DNA of 64,000 nucleotides from positions 32,001 to 96,000 of the forward strand of contig JAVJWO010000216.1 of NCBI GenBank assembly GCA_040222015.1, in the 5' to 3' direction. Positions 20,655-30,141 of the stretch are shown piece after piece. The notes below the pieces were generated by a model. It had not been told where the DNA came from, did no database searches, and worked only from the letters and a program-made list of their open reading frames with translations. The DNA comes from Coleofasciculus chthonoplastes F2-STO-03 (GTDB taxonomy: Bacteria; Cyanobacteriota; Cyanobacteriia; Cyanobacteriales; Coleofasciculaceae). Positions within the stretch are counted from its first letter, which is position 1; each line of letters begins with the position of its first letter. Made by a program: the position numbers and the translations under genes.

Positions 20655-23135
20655 ATGGGTAGCCGACGGCGTCTTAACAAAAAAACATCCTGGGAATCGA
20701 CTTCTTTACCAGTGCCGAATCCTTTACAACCGCGCCCATTTGGTAAAGGTATCCAGGCGAGACGAGCCGAGTTGCCAACAACCAATGTGTTGCAAACTCG
20801 TCCCTTCGGGACTCCCAAGCAAGCATCTACGCCTAAACAAGAGATGCCAGAGCTCCAAGCTAAACTCAAACAGGCAGAGAGCTTTGGCTATAATGCCGCT
20901 AATATTCCCACCGTACCTTCGAGTAACGCTACACCGATTCAGGCAAAGCTGACTATAGGAGAACCGAATGATAAGTATGAGCAGGAAGCGGATCAAGTAG
21001 CATCTCAAGTCGTCAATCAGATTAATTCGCCTCAGACTCAGCCGTCGGTTCAGGGTAAGACAGTACAACGAGAAGCCTTACCCGAAGAAGAGGAAGAAAC
21101 TCCCGTTAGTGCCAAACTCGAATCAGGGACAGTGCAACGGGAAGCCTTACCCGAAGAAGAGGAAGAGGAAACTCCCGTTAGTGCCAAACTTGAATCTGAC
21201 ACTATCCAGCGTCAAGGTATTTCTCCTGAAGAGGAAGAGAAAAAAAAAATTAGCCCAAAGTTAATGAGGAAATCCCAATCGGGAACAGGGAGTACAAATG
21301 CCTCCGTTAACTTAGAAGAATCCATTCAACAAAAGCGGGGTCAGGGACAATCCCTCTCAGAGGATATCCGCGAACCGATGGAGCAAGCATTTGGGGCTGA
21401 TTTCAGCGGGGTAAAAGTACACACTGATAGCCAATCTGACCAGCTTAATCACTCAATTCAAGCGCGTGCTTTCACAACAGGACAAGATGTTTTCTTCAAA
21501 CAGGGCGAATACAACCCTGGAAGTAAGGATGGACAGGAGTTGCTCGCTCATGAGTTAACCCATGTTGTCCAGCAGACAGGTACTGTCCAGCGCGATGATG
21601 ATCCGGCAAAAAAAGACAAAAAAAAGTCTAAGAGTACCATTGAGGAACTCAGAGACGCATTGGGCGGTTGGGGTGCAGATTCAGCCCAGATTTTGCAGTT
21701 GCTAGGTAAAGCGTCTGCCTCTGAGAAGAAGCAGATATTAACTGACTCTAAACTGATGGGTCAACTCCAAAGTAAACTGAGTCGCCGTGAGATGATTCAA
21801 GCCCTCAATGCTCTGGAGGCTCCCCTTAAACAAAAGCTGAATGCAGCAATGAAGGGTTGGGGTTGTGATGCTCAGGTGATTAAGGATCTGACAGCCAGTG
21901 CCAAAGACACAGAGAAGAAAGCCGTTTTAGCTGACACAGCACTGGTTGCTCGACTCTCCAGCGAATTGAGTCGAGCCGAGATGCTAGTGATTCTGGGTAA
22001 TCTCAATGCCCCTATCAAAGACAAACTCAATGCGGCGATGAAGGGTTGGGGTGCTGATGCCGAAGCGATTAAGGCTCTGACCAAGGGGGCATCGGATGCA
22101 GAAAAGCAGGGGATTTTGAATGACACAGCGCTGGTTGCTCGACTCTCAAGCGAGTTGAGTCGAGCCGAGATGCTAGTGATTCTGGGTAATCTCAATGCCC
22201 CTATCAAAGACAAACTCAATGCGGCGATGAAGGGTTGGGGTGCTGATGCCGAAGCGATTAAGACTCTGACCAAGGGGGCATCAGATACAGACAAGCAGGC
22301 AGTTTTAAATGATGCGGCACTGGTATCGAGGCTTTCGAGTGAGTTGAGTGGGGAATCATATACCACCATTATTCTCACGTTGTTGGCAGGGGTTACTGAC
22401 GCAGATTTTGATACGTTCATCAAAAGCATGACCCAAAGCCAAACTCAAGCTCTTTTGAACAATATTTCAACCTCAGATCAGGCTACTTATGCAGCCTTAA
22501 TTGAGAGAATAAAAACTGCTCGGATCATTGCGACAGGTGAAAATATGCTGGGAGAGTTGCAATGGCGTGGGGGTTCTGGACCTGATCAGAGTGCTGGCTA
22601 TCAAGTGAACGAAACTACAACTTGGGGTCACCAGAATGATTTTGCCAGATGGATTCGTGGTAATGGTCCTGAGCCAACTCCTCCCAACGACACGATGAAC
22701 TGTTGGGAAGGGGTACTTTTTATGGCATATAAAGCAGGTGTAGTTAACAAGAGTTGGCTGGTTGATATTCATGATGCAGCAGCTAAGGCTGGACAAAGTG
22801 CGGCAAGTATAGACGCATATAATTCTGTTTTAGAGAGCAGATTATATTCCGGAGCTCGCACGGAAGTTCTATATGATCCTGGCACAGGTCTGAGAACGGG
22901 TACTATTCCAGCCGGAAATATTATTTTTATTAATAGACTGAATCATGTTGTGCTTTCTAAAGGGACAACAGATGGGGGGGGTAGGCATGAGGTACTTAGC
23001 TTATGGGTACTTCCCAACCCAGGACAGCCTGTAGGTGTGTGGACAGGTAGCGAGATTGGTGTACTACAAGATACGACATTAGAAGAAGTCAGTCAGCCAG
23101 GACAAAAAGTAGAATTTGCCCCACCTCCTTGGTAA
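20655..23135 (+). CDS. DUF4157 (eCIS core domain) protein with annexin-like repeats and C-terminal Cys/His papain-like putative effector domain
   Basis: IQAKLTIGEPNDKYEQEAD; MEQAFGADFSGVKVHTD..ARAFTTGQD..LLAHELTHVVQQ (DUF4157); repeats of AMKGWG.D; C-terminal MNCWEG..HVVLS. Confidence 0.88.
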   Translation: MGSRRRLNKKTSWESTSLPVPNPLQPRPFGKGIQARRAELPTTNVLQTRPFGTPKQASTPKQEMPELQAKLKQAESFGYNAANIPTVPSSNATPIQAKLTIGEPNDKYEQEADQVASQVVNQINSPQTQPSVQGKTVQREALPEEEEETPVSAKLESGTVQREALPEEEEEETPVSAKLESDTIQRQGISPEEEEKKKISPKLMRKSQSGTGSTNASVNLEESIQQKRGQGQSLSEDIREPMEQAFGADFSGVKVHTDSQSDQLNHSIQARAFTTGQDVFFKQGEYNPGSKDGQELLAHELTHVVQQTGTVQRDDDPAKKDKKKSKSTIEELRDALGGWGADSAQILQLLGKASASEKKQILTDSKLMGQLQSKLSRREMIQALNALEAPLKQKLNAAMKGWGCDAQVIKDLTASAKDTEKKAVLADTALVARLSSELSRAEMLVILGNLNAPIKDKLNAAMKGWGADAEAIKALTKGASDAEKQGILNDTALVARLSSELSRAEMLVILGNLNAPIKDKLNAAMKGWGADAEAIKTLTKGASDTDKQAVLNDAALVSRLSSELSGESYTTIILTLLAGVTDADFDTFIKSMTQSQTQALLNNISTSDQATYAALIERIKTARIIATGENMLGELQWRGGSGPDQSAGYQVNETTTWGHQNDFARWIRGNGPEPTPPNDTMNCWEGVLFMAYKAGVVNKSWLVDIHDAAAKAGQSAASIDAYNSVLESRLYSGARTEVLYDPGTGLRTGTIPAGNIIFINRLNHVVLSKGTTDGGGRHEVLSLWVLPNPGQPVGVWTGSEIGVLQDTTLEEVSQPGQKVEFAPPPW
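21932..22309 (+). repeat. 189-bp (63-aa) near-identical intragenic tandem duplication
   Basis: TGACACAGC.CTGGTTGCTCGACTCTC.AGCGA starts at 21932 and again at 22121. Confidence 0.9.
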
Positions 23136-23202
23136 ATGTAAGTTCAGAGTTAGCTTTTTATAGGCAAGTTCTTAACTGTAGCCTATTTCATGACAAAATA
23201 AG

Positions 23203-24678
23203 GTGATGAAGGTAAAACCAGTCTCATTTATATGTCTCGCTTTTCTAATGCTTGGCTTATCTGGAAATTGTCAGAAAGAGTCAAACAGTCAGATACCGGA
23301 AATTAGACAGGGAGAAATGCTGCCCAAAATTGATAGTGATGAGGAATTATCTATGCAGTTGAAATATATTCCAAATTTAATCATCTCAATTCCTTGGGGA
23401 AATCAGGAACACTCGATTCCTCACACAGCTTATGAAAAAGTTTCGCTATCAGGAATGTTTACAGGTCAATCCAAACGAAAAATAAGACCTGTGTACCCGA
23501 TACGTCTTGATCAGGATGAAAATTTATATCTGATTTTTGATAGTCCTCAAGGGGCGGCTCCATCGGAAAGAAAATATAGACTAATGCGTTTCAATAATCA
23601 GGGTAATTTGACTGATGAATTTGATATTAATCTAAATGCGGACAGTATAGAAAGGTGGCAGATTCTCGATTTCCATCCTGATCACCAAGGTGGAGTTTAT
23701 CTGTTAGAAGTTTTGGGGACAACCCAACACCAACTATTTCATCGACTGCGCCGAGTTAATTCACAATCTCAGGAAATATGGAGTAAAAAAGAAATTCTAA
23801 ATTATCGAGATTTAGATTTTTACAAATTGGCAGGTAAACTGGAATATTTGATTGCTCCTGATCGAGATTCACTTTACTTACCAACTCGTTATCCTAAACA
23901 AGGGTTGGCGAGTTTTGATGTTAATACCGGAGATATAATTTCAGCTAATCAATGGAATGAATCGGCAAGTAAATTGACGATCACTGCATCTCATGAAGTC
24001 TATTATAATCGTATTTTAGATGATGCTTCGAGGAAAAGACATGTTTTGATTAGGCAAAATTTAAGTAATGGCAACCGAGAAGTTATAGAATCTGAAATTC
24101 AATATCTACATGACTTAGCGGGTGTTGATGCAGAGGGTAAAATTTATCCGCGTATTCACAATGGTATAGCACGCTTATCAGACCAAGGTAAGTTAGAGTG
24201 GCAACAATCTATTTACGGAATCGTTGTCAGGTCAGAGGATCAGCATATTTTTATATGCAGTCGAGCAGATAGAGTTGAGAATACCGTTATTCTGGAGGTA
24301 GAACAGTACGACAGTTCAGGAAATAAAATTAAAAAATTCACCTTCCAATTACCCGAACAACAGCTTCAAGTTAAAGGGGACTTACCTCGATTGATCAGTG
24401 TTGATCAAAAATCAAGGTTCTATTTCTATGGCGGTGAAACAGATCATCAAGCTGGAACTTTGTTTGTTTTTTCTTCAGAAGACCAATTGCCGAAAATTCA
24501 GTCTTTGGCAGAAACTGATCCTGAAGGTTTTCCATTGTTCAATAAAGTTAATCAAGAACTATTGCCAATAGAGTCGCAAGTCGGCTCGCCAAATATGTTT
24601 GAAATTGATTCACTCGGTCATGTGTATATCCCATTGAGCGATCCTCAAGGCTTCAAAGTTATCCGGCTCCAACCGTAA
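23203..24678 (+). CDS. Hypothetical exported/lipoprotein, beta-rich; candidate immunity or partner protein
   Basis: Hydrophobic signal peptide ending LSGNC; recurring D..G.xY strands suggest a beta-propeller; visibly AT-rich. Confidence 0.65.
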   Translation: MMKVKPVSFICLAFLMLGLSGNCQKESNSQIPEIRQGEMLPKIDSDEELSMQLKYIPNLIISIPWGNQEHSIPHTAYEKVSLSGMFTGQSKRKIRPVYPIRLDQDENLYLIFDSPQGAAPSERKYRLMRFNNQGNLTDEFDINLNADSIERWQILDFHPDHQGGVYLLEVLGTTQHQLFHRLRRVNSQSQEIWSKKEILNYRDLDFYKLAGKLEYLIAPDRDSLYLPTRYPKQGLASFDVNTGDIISANQWNESASKLTITASHEVYYNRILDDASRKRHVLIRQNLSNGNREVIESEIQYLHDLAGVDAEGKIYPRIHNGIARLSDQGKLEWQQSIYGIVVRSEDQHIFICSRADRVENTVILEVEQYDSSGNKIKKFTFQLPEQQLQVKGDLPRLISVDQKSRFYFYGGETDHQAGTLFVFSSEDQLPKIQSLAETDPEGFPLFNKVNQELLPIESQVGSPNMFEIDSLGHVYIPLSDPQGFKVIRLQP

Positions 24679-24730
24679 CGATACTGCCACAGGGGATAAA
24701 CGGGAATAGGATTATTCTATAGGTTTAGGT

Positions 24731-25609
24731 ATGGATATTAAACCCCTCAAAAAACTTGCCTCATTCCAGGATCTTGAAGTTGTACCAGACCTAGACAAAG
24801 TGTTGGGACAATTGTACCCCGCTCTAGCAAACTATACAGAATTAGAGTTTCGTTCTGATGGTAAACGTATTGATTTGATTACCTTAAGCAATGATCTCGA
24901 TGCCGTTGATGATTTTTTATCAGTACTCGGAGATCGGGGAACTACTAAGGCAGAATTGCTCACAATGACCGCACTGTCTAATTTTGGAGCAGGTAGTGTT
25001 ATAGGGATGAAGTTGCCAGTGGCTGGGTCAGTGATTGGGGGAGAAATGTATGTCAGGGCGGCTATTTCCCTTGCTGAAGTAGAGTACTTTTTAAAACAAC
25101 ATGGGGTAGGTTCAGAAGCGATCGCGCAGATTTCAGGATTAGCTCAAATCTTTGAAAAGGATTACACTCATATTCTGGCAGCCGATGCCACGTCTCCTCC
25201 CAGTTTTAGCGTATTTTTCACCACCTATCTCGTTCCCGGAGAGGAACAACATGACCGCGATCGCTTGCAGCAGGCGCTTGTGAGAACGGGTGTCACGGAA
25301 GATGGTATTGAAAAGTTTCTGCCCTTACATCGTTTGCTGGGTGCCTCACGACCCGAAACTCTCTACTTTTCTTGGAGGATCAAGAATGGCAAACCGACAA
25401 TTGGAGCTAAAATCGACTACGCGGGTGTTCGACTTGGACTTGTTTCAGAGATGCTTTCAGGGATCGGTGTAGCTAATCAAGCTAGACTCCCCATCAAATG
25501 GGGTACACAGCTTAATGTACGACAAGCTAACTATGCGGGTCTTGTCATTGGCTCTCACAATCTATCAGGTGTTCGCGCCTACTTTACCATTCCCAGTACA
25601 ACACACTGA
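24731..25609 (+). CDS. Hypothetical protein
   Basis: 292-aa ORF co-oriented within the effector cassette; no recognised motif. Confidence 0.7.
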   Translation: MDIKPLKKLASFQDLEVVPDLDKVLGQLYPALANYTELEFRSDGKRIDLITLSNDLDAVDDFLSVLGDRGTTKAELLTMTALSNFGAGSVIGMKLPVAGSVIGGEMYVRAAISLAEVEYFLKQHGVGSEAIAQISGLAQIFEKDYTHILAADATSPPSFSVFFTTYLVPGEEQHDRDRLQQALVRTGVTEDGIEKFLPLHRLLGASRPETLYFSWRIKNGKPTIGAKIDYAGVRLGLVSEMLSGIGVANQARLPIKWGTQLNVRQANYAGLVIGSHNLSGVRAYFTIPSTTH

Positions 25610-25632
25610 CGAATGGGAGAACCTAATGCTCA

Positions 25633-26142
25633 GTGGATTATGAACCGCTTTTCAAACCGGAGCCACCAATATTCTATGTTCAAGTGGCAGACGAATCCTC
25701 CTTTGCTGATTTGTATCTTCAGTTAACATCAGATTATCCACAGGCGGCGATTCGGATGATTAGGGGCAATAAAAGTAAAACAGTGCCTGACTTTTTCAAT
25801 GAAATAGGTGCAGCTCTTCAGTTTCCCTACTACTTTGGCGAAAACTGGGATGCTTTTGAGGAGTGCATTACGGATCTCTGTTGGCTCGATGGGGAAGCTT
25901 ATCTGTTAATGGTAAATCAGGCTCATCTACTTTTCCAAGACGCCACTCAAAATGATTTCAAGATCTTGATGCAAGTGTTATCGGATGCTCATGAAACATG
26001 GTTGACGCAACCTCAAATCGTTAATGAAGAAGAACAACCAACGGCGTTCCATGTTTTGTTAGCTTGTACGGATGAGTATCGTTCTGCCTTGACACAACGA
26101 TTGACTGATTCTGGGGTAGAGTTTCAGATGTTTTGTCAGTAG
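25633..26142 (+). CDS. Barstar-family (RNase inhibitor-like) protein
   Basis: ALQFPYYFGENWDAFEECITDLCWL barstar signature. Confidence 0.85.
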   Translation: MDYEPLFKPEPPIFYVQVADESSFADLYLQLTSDYPQAAIRMIRGNKSKTVPDFFNEIGAALQFPYYFGENWDAFEECITDLCWLDGEAYLLMVNQAHLLFQDATQNDFKILMQVLSDAHETWLTQPQIVNEEEQPTAFHVLLACTDEYRSALTQRLTDSGVEFQMFCQ

Positions 26143-26256
26143 GTGGACAGCATACAAGTTTGAGAAGAAGTAACTTTAGCTTGGCGATAAAACTTGACAT
26201 AGACACGAAATAATGCTATGTGTCAAGTATATCTCCAGTTAAATTTGGAGGAGGCT

Positions 26257-27087
26257 ATGGGTATCCGACGACGAATCCGCAAAAAAAGGTCTGGGGAAGA
26301 CGAGTTTATCCCAGCACCGAGTTCGTTACAGACGCGCTCATTCGGTAATGGTATCCAAGCAAGACTTGCTAAGTTACCTGTCACTAATCTATTGGAAACA
26401 CGCCCCTTTGGTTCTCCCAAAAAGGCATCCACTTCATCCAAGGAAACCGCAGATATCCAGACGCAACTGAAACAGACGGAACGTTTTGGGTATAACGCGG
26501 CAAATATTCCTGTGTTCCCACCCAAGAAATCGAAAAAGAAACCGAAAAAATCAAAAGGGAAAGCGTCTCATCCAGATCAAATCGTCACCCATAACCATCC
26601 CGGTGGAACACCTCTGAATCAGGGTGATATTTTATCCGCGATCGCAAAAGACCCCAAAGAGGTAAAAGCCGTGGGTGATTATGGTAAATTTAGCCTGCGG
26701 CGTCAGCAGGATACCTGGCAAATTAGTCAAGAGCAAGTTGCGAGGGCGTATGCTCAAGGGGTTGAGCAGTGGTTGCGAGAATGTCCCAAGGAATTAACGG
26801 AACATTATCCAGGGAAAAAGGATATCCCACAAGCTGGAGCAACGTTTAAACAAGATCTGTTTATGGCAAACTATTTTGCGGGCAAAATTTTGGCAGAGCA
26901 AAGTCGAGGTGCTGTGGTTTACGAACACCCTGATGAGAAGGAACTAATCCAAAAACGGGCGAACCTGTACCGCGAGAGAATTGTTGTCCCACTTAAGCCA
27001 ACCTCCCCTATCAACGCTAATCCGGCGGGTACGAGTCGGGGAACAAAGCTGCAAACCCCGAAATTGATTCGCGATCGCATGGAATAG
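26257..27087 (+). CDS. Putative effector sharing its N-terminal leader with the DUF4157 protein; HNHP (JAB/MPN-like) motif
   Basis: GGAGGAGG RBS before ATG 26257; N-terminus homologous to the 20655 gene; IVTHNHPGGTPLNQGD. Confidence 0.75.
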   Translation: MGIRRRIRKKRSGEDEFIPAPSSLQTRSFGNGIQARLAKLPVTNLLETRPFGSPKKASTSSKETADIQTQLKQTERFGYNAANIPVFPPKKSKKKPKKSKGKASHPDQIVTHNHPGGTPLNQGDILSAIAKDPKEVKAVGDYGKFSLRRQQDTWQISQEQVARAYAQGVEQWLRECPKELTEHYPGKKDIPQAGATFKQDLFMANYFAGKILAEQSRGAVVYEHPDEKELIQKRANLYRERIVVPLKPTSPINANPAGTSRGTKLQTPKLIRDRME

Positions 27088-27319
27088 TCGTTTGGTTGCG
27101 ATCGGGTATTATTCATCCTGTTTTAGGTGCAGTGGCGTGGTGATGAATTAAAATTACATCCAGAAACCGTAGGGGCGCATGGCGTGCGCCCATAAAATCG
27201 ACCAATCTAATCCATCACTTTAGCTGTGTCAGTCCAGTAGTCTATTATGTCTCTACAATCGATCAAGGGGGAGGGCGGGTTTTGTTGTTCCGTTATTTCA
27301 ACAATAGCTGACCTTATTC

Positions 27320-27432
27320 CCTAAACCCGCCCCTACAGTCCCTAAACTCGCCCCGACAATTATGGCTAAACCCACACCTACAATTATGGCTAAACCCACC
27401 CCGACAATTGTGGCTAAACCCGCGCCTACAAT
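27320..27432. repeat. Tandem array of REP half-sites (TAAACCCGCCCCTACA variants, ~24-nt period)
   Basis: About five visible degenerate copies. Confidence 0.8.
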
Positions 27433-27462
27433 TTGTAATTCCTGCCTAAATCACTCTATTCT

Positions 27463-29253
27463 ATGCCAATTGTGAAACGTTTTCAGCAAACTATCAAAAT
27501 ACTCACTATCCGAGGTTATCGCTTTTCTCGCTATCCGAAACAAATCCTGATTCTCCTGGCTACAGTGAGTCTGATTTGTACCCAAGTTGTCGCTCAAGAT
27601 GTCCCCATTTATAGCCCCAGGGATATCTTTCATCCGGTTATCGCCGAAAATGGTATGGTTTCCTCTCAAGAACACTATGCCACAGAAGTAGGTTTGGCTG
27701 TATTAAAAGAGGGCGGAAATGCCATTGATGCTGCTGTAACCATGGGATTTACGATGGCGGTTACTTTACCCGAAGCTGGGAATATTGGTGGCGGTGGATT
27801 TATGCTGGTTCATTTAGCCGATGAAAATCAAACCCTTGCCATTGATTATCGAGAAAAAGCCCCAAAAGCCGCCACTCGTGATATGTTTCTGGATGAAACG
27901 GGTGACGTTGATTCGGAAAAATCTCGCTATAGTTATTTAGCTGTTGGTGTTCCTGGAACCGTTGCTGGGTTAACTTTTGCACTAGAAAAATACGGGACAA
28001 TTTCTTTAGCACGGGCGTTACAACCTGCAATTGAATTGGCTGAAAATGGGTTTACTGTTTCCGAATATTTGCATCGTTCCTTAGGTGCTGTGAAAGAACG
28101 GATGCAGGCTTATCCTGCAAGTATGACAATCTTTTATAAACCAGGGGGAGAACCTTATCAGATTGGCGAAACTCTGGTGCAAAGGGATTTAGCGCAGAGT
28201 TTGAGACTGATTGCTAAAGAGGGAGCAAAGGTATTTTACCAGGGTGCGATCGCAGAGGCGATTGTGACAGACATGGAAGCTAATGATGGCTTGATTTCTA
28301 TGGCGGATTTAGCCGAGTATCAACCTGTTATCCGAGAACCGATTCGAGGGAATTATCGCGGCTATGAAATTTATTCAATGCCACCGCCGAGTTCTGGAGG
28401 AATTCATCTGGTACAATTACTGAATATTTTGGAAGCATTTCCGCTGGAGGAATTGGGACAAAATACCGCCCAAACCATTCATTTAATCACCGAAAGCATG
28501 AAACTCGCGTATGCGGATCGGTCTAAATATTTAGGGGATACTGACTTTGTGTCTGTCCCCATTTCCGGGTTAATCTCTAAATCCTATGCCGAACAGCTAC
28601 GCCACAAAATAAATTTAGATCAAGCAACACCGAGTCAAGAAATCGCTCCGGGCAATCCTAATCCGTTTATAGAAAGCAACAATACCACTCATTATTCAGT
28701 TATAGATAATCAGGGTAATGCTGTGGCGAATACGTATACCCTAAACTTTAGTTATGGCAGTAAAATAACGGTTCCGGGAACGGGAATTCTGCTCAACAAT
28801 GAAATGAATGACTTTTCCGCCAAGCCAGGAGTACCCAATGCATTTGGCTTAATTGGTGGAGAATTTAACGCCATTGAACCGGAAAAACGGATGCTCAGTT
28901 CCATGACACCAACGATTGTTTTAAAAGATGAGCAGCCGTTTCTGGTGACGGGAAGTCCAGGAGGAAGTCGAATTATCACGACAGTGTTACAGGTTATTTT
29001 GAATGTGATTGATCATAACATGAATATTGCTGAAGCGACGAATGCTATTCGGGTGCATCATCAATGGCTTCCGGATCAATTAATGATTGAACCAGGATTA
29101 AATGGGGACACCATTCGTCTGTTAGAGGAAAAAGGACATCAGATTACTCTCACCAATACCATGGGAAGTACCCAAAGTATTATGTTGGTTGATCAAACCT
29201 TAAAAGGTGCATCTGACCCCCGACGTCCTGGTGCTTTAACCTTGGGATATTAA
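27463..29253 (+). CDS. ggt: Gamma-glutamyltransferase
   Basis: GGNAIDAA, IDYREKAP, PPPSSGG, autoprocessing TTHYS, KRMLSSMTP, GSPGGSRII. Confidence 0.96.
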   Translation: MPIVKRFQQTIKILTIRGYRFSRYPKQILILLATVSLICTQVVAQDVPIYSPRDIFHPVIAENGMVSSQEHYATEVGLAVLKEGGNAIDAAVTMGFTMAVTLPEAGNIGGGGFMLVHLADENQTLAIDYREKAPKAATRDMFLDETGDVDSEKSRYSYLAVGVPGTVAGLTFALEKYGTISLARALQPAIELAENGFTVSEYLHRSLGAVKERMQAYPASMTIFYKPGGEPYQIGETLVQRDLAQSLRLIAKEGAKVFYQGAIAEAIVTDMEANDGLISMADLAEYQPVIREPIRGNYRGYEIYSMPPPSSGGIHLVQLLNILEAFPLEELGQNTAQTIHLITESMKLAYADRSKYLGDTDFVSVPISGLISKSYAEQLRHKINLDQATPSQEIAPGNPNPFIESNNTTHYSVIDNQGNAVANTYTLNFSYGSKITVPGTGILLNNEMNDFSAKPGVPNAFGLIGGEFNAIEPEKRMLSSMTPTIVLKDEQPFLVTGSPGGSRIITTVLQVILNVIDHNMNIAEATNAIRVHHQWLPDQLMIEPGLNGDTIRLLEEKGHQITLTNTMGSTQSIMLVDQTLKGASDPRRPGALTLGY

Positions 29254-29275
29254 TAGCTTTTGTTAGGGTTCATTT

Positions 29276-29381
29276 TATAGCAATAGACACATCGATTAGG
29301 ACGTTCGGCACCATTGTAGAGACGCGCCATGGCGCGTCTCTACATAAATGATGTGTCCTAACAGCCATGGCGGTTGCTATA
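29276..29381. mobile_element. Miniature inverted-repeat element with internal REP-like palindrome
   Basis: TATAGCAA..TTAGGAC / GTCCTAA..TTGCTATA ends enclosing GTAGAGACGCGCCATGGCGCGTCTCTAC; related ends near 46897 and 51962. Confidence 0.65.
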
Positions 29382-29524
29382 CTTGCTTACCTCACGGTAA
29401 CTTTGGATTAATCACCCGCTATACCGTAGGGTGGGCATTGCCCACCAACCTTAATGATCGTGCGATTTAGAGTTGATTGGGCTTGCCCACCTCACGTTAC
29501 AATTCGCTAAAAAGAATAGGGTTT

Positions 29525-30076
29525 TTATTCATTGTTGGTAATTACCAAAAACTCATTGGGAACGCTTGACTGCACGTTATAGAAAGTGGGAGTATACTGA
29601 CGATTTTGATCCAAAATCTTTCTGAGTGTATATCCCCAAGCGTCGGAGAGTCCTAACAACCAAGAGTTTTTTCGCTCCCAGGTATTGCCTTGCATGTCGT
29701 CATCCAGTTGATTCATTGTGAATTCCGCAATCCACTTGGGTAAACCGAATCCGAACACAATCGGGGTGATTTGGGCATGGCGGAGGGTTTCATCGAACTG
29801 AACTTTATAGGTTAATTTGGTTAAATTAACAATATTGAGTAACCGACGCCCTTTATCGGAAACACTAAATGTCCACTGAAATGGAGAAAATACCGAGACT
29901 AATAATGTTCGACTCCTCGCGTCCCATTTACCATCTTCTAATGTCAGACAATCATCGGGAAAAGGATTCCCATCCATAAAAAAGACCCCTTTCAGAATGT
30001 CAGGTAAATCAGTTCCCCTGTCTTGTTTCATCCAAGTGCCAATATCGTTAAGTTGCCGAGTTTCAATGGTTAGCAT
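29525..30076 (-). CDS. Hypothetical protein directly downstream of the P450
   Basis: 183-aa ORF with motif LPDILKGVFFMDGNP; 65 bp after the P450 stop, same strand. Confidence 0.75.
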   Translation of the reverse strand: MLTIETRQLNDIGTWMKQDRGTDLPDILKGVFFMDGNPFPDDCLTLEDGKWDARSRTLLVSVFSPFQWTFSVSDKGRRLLNIVNLTKLTYKVQFDETLRHAQITPIVFGFGLPKWIAEFTMNQLDDDMQGNTWERKNSWLLGLSDAWGYTLRKILDQNRQYTPTFYNVQSSVPNEFLVITNNE

Positions 30077-30141
30077 GATTTGTTTTTAGCTTGTCGTGTT
30101 GATCGAGGTAAAACGGTATTCGCCAAGGCAATACCTACTAA

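Noticed and set aside
24731..25609. Possible ABBA/PatF-like prenyltransferase fold
   Set aside because: Only a vague strand pattern, no diagnostic motif; left as hypothetical
27320..27432. Possible mini-CRISPR
   Set aside because: Short degenerate units with repeated ~8-nt linkers, not spacers
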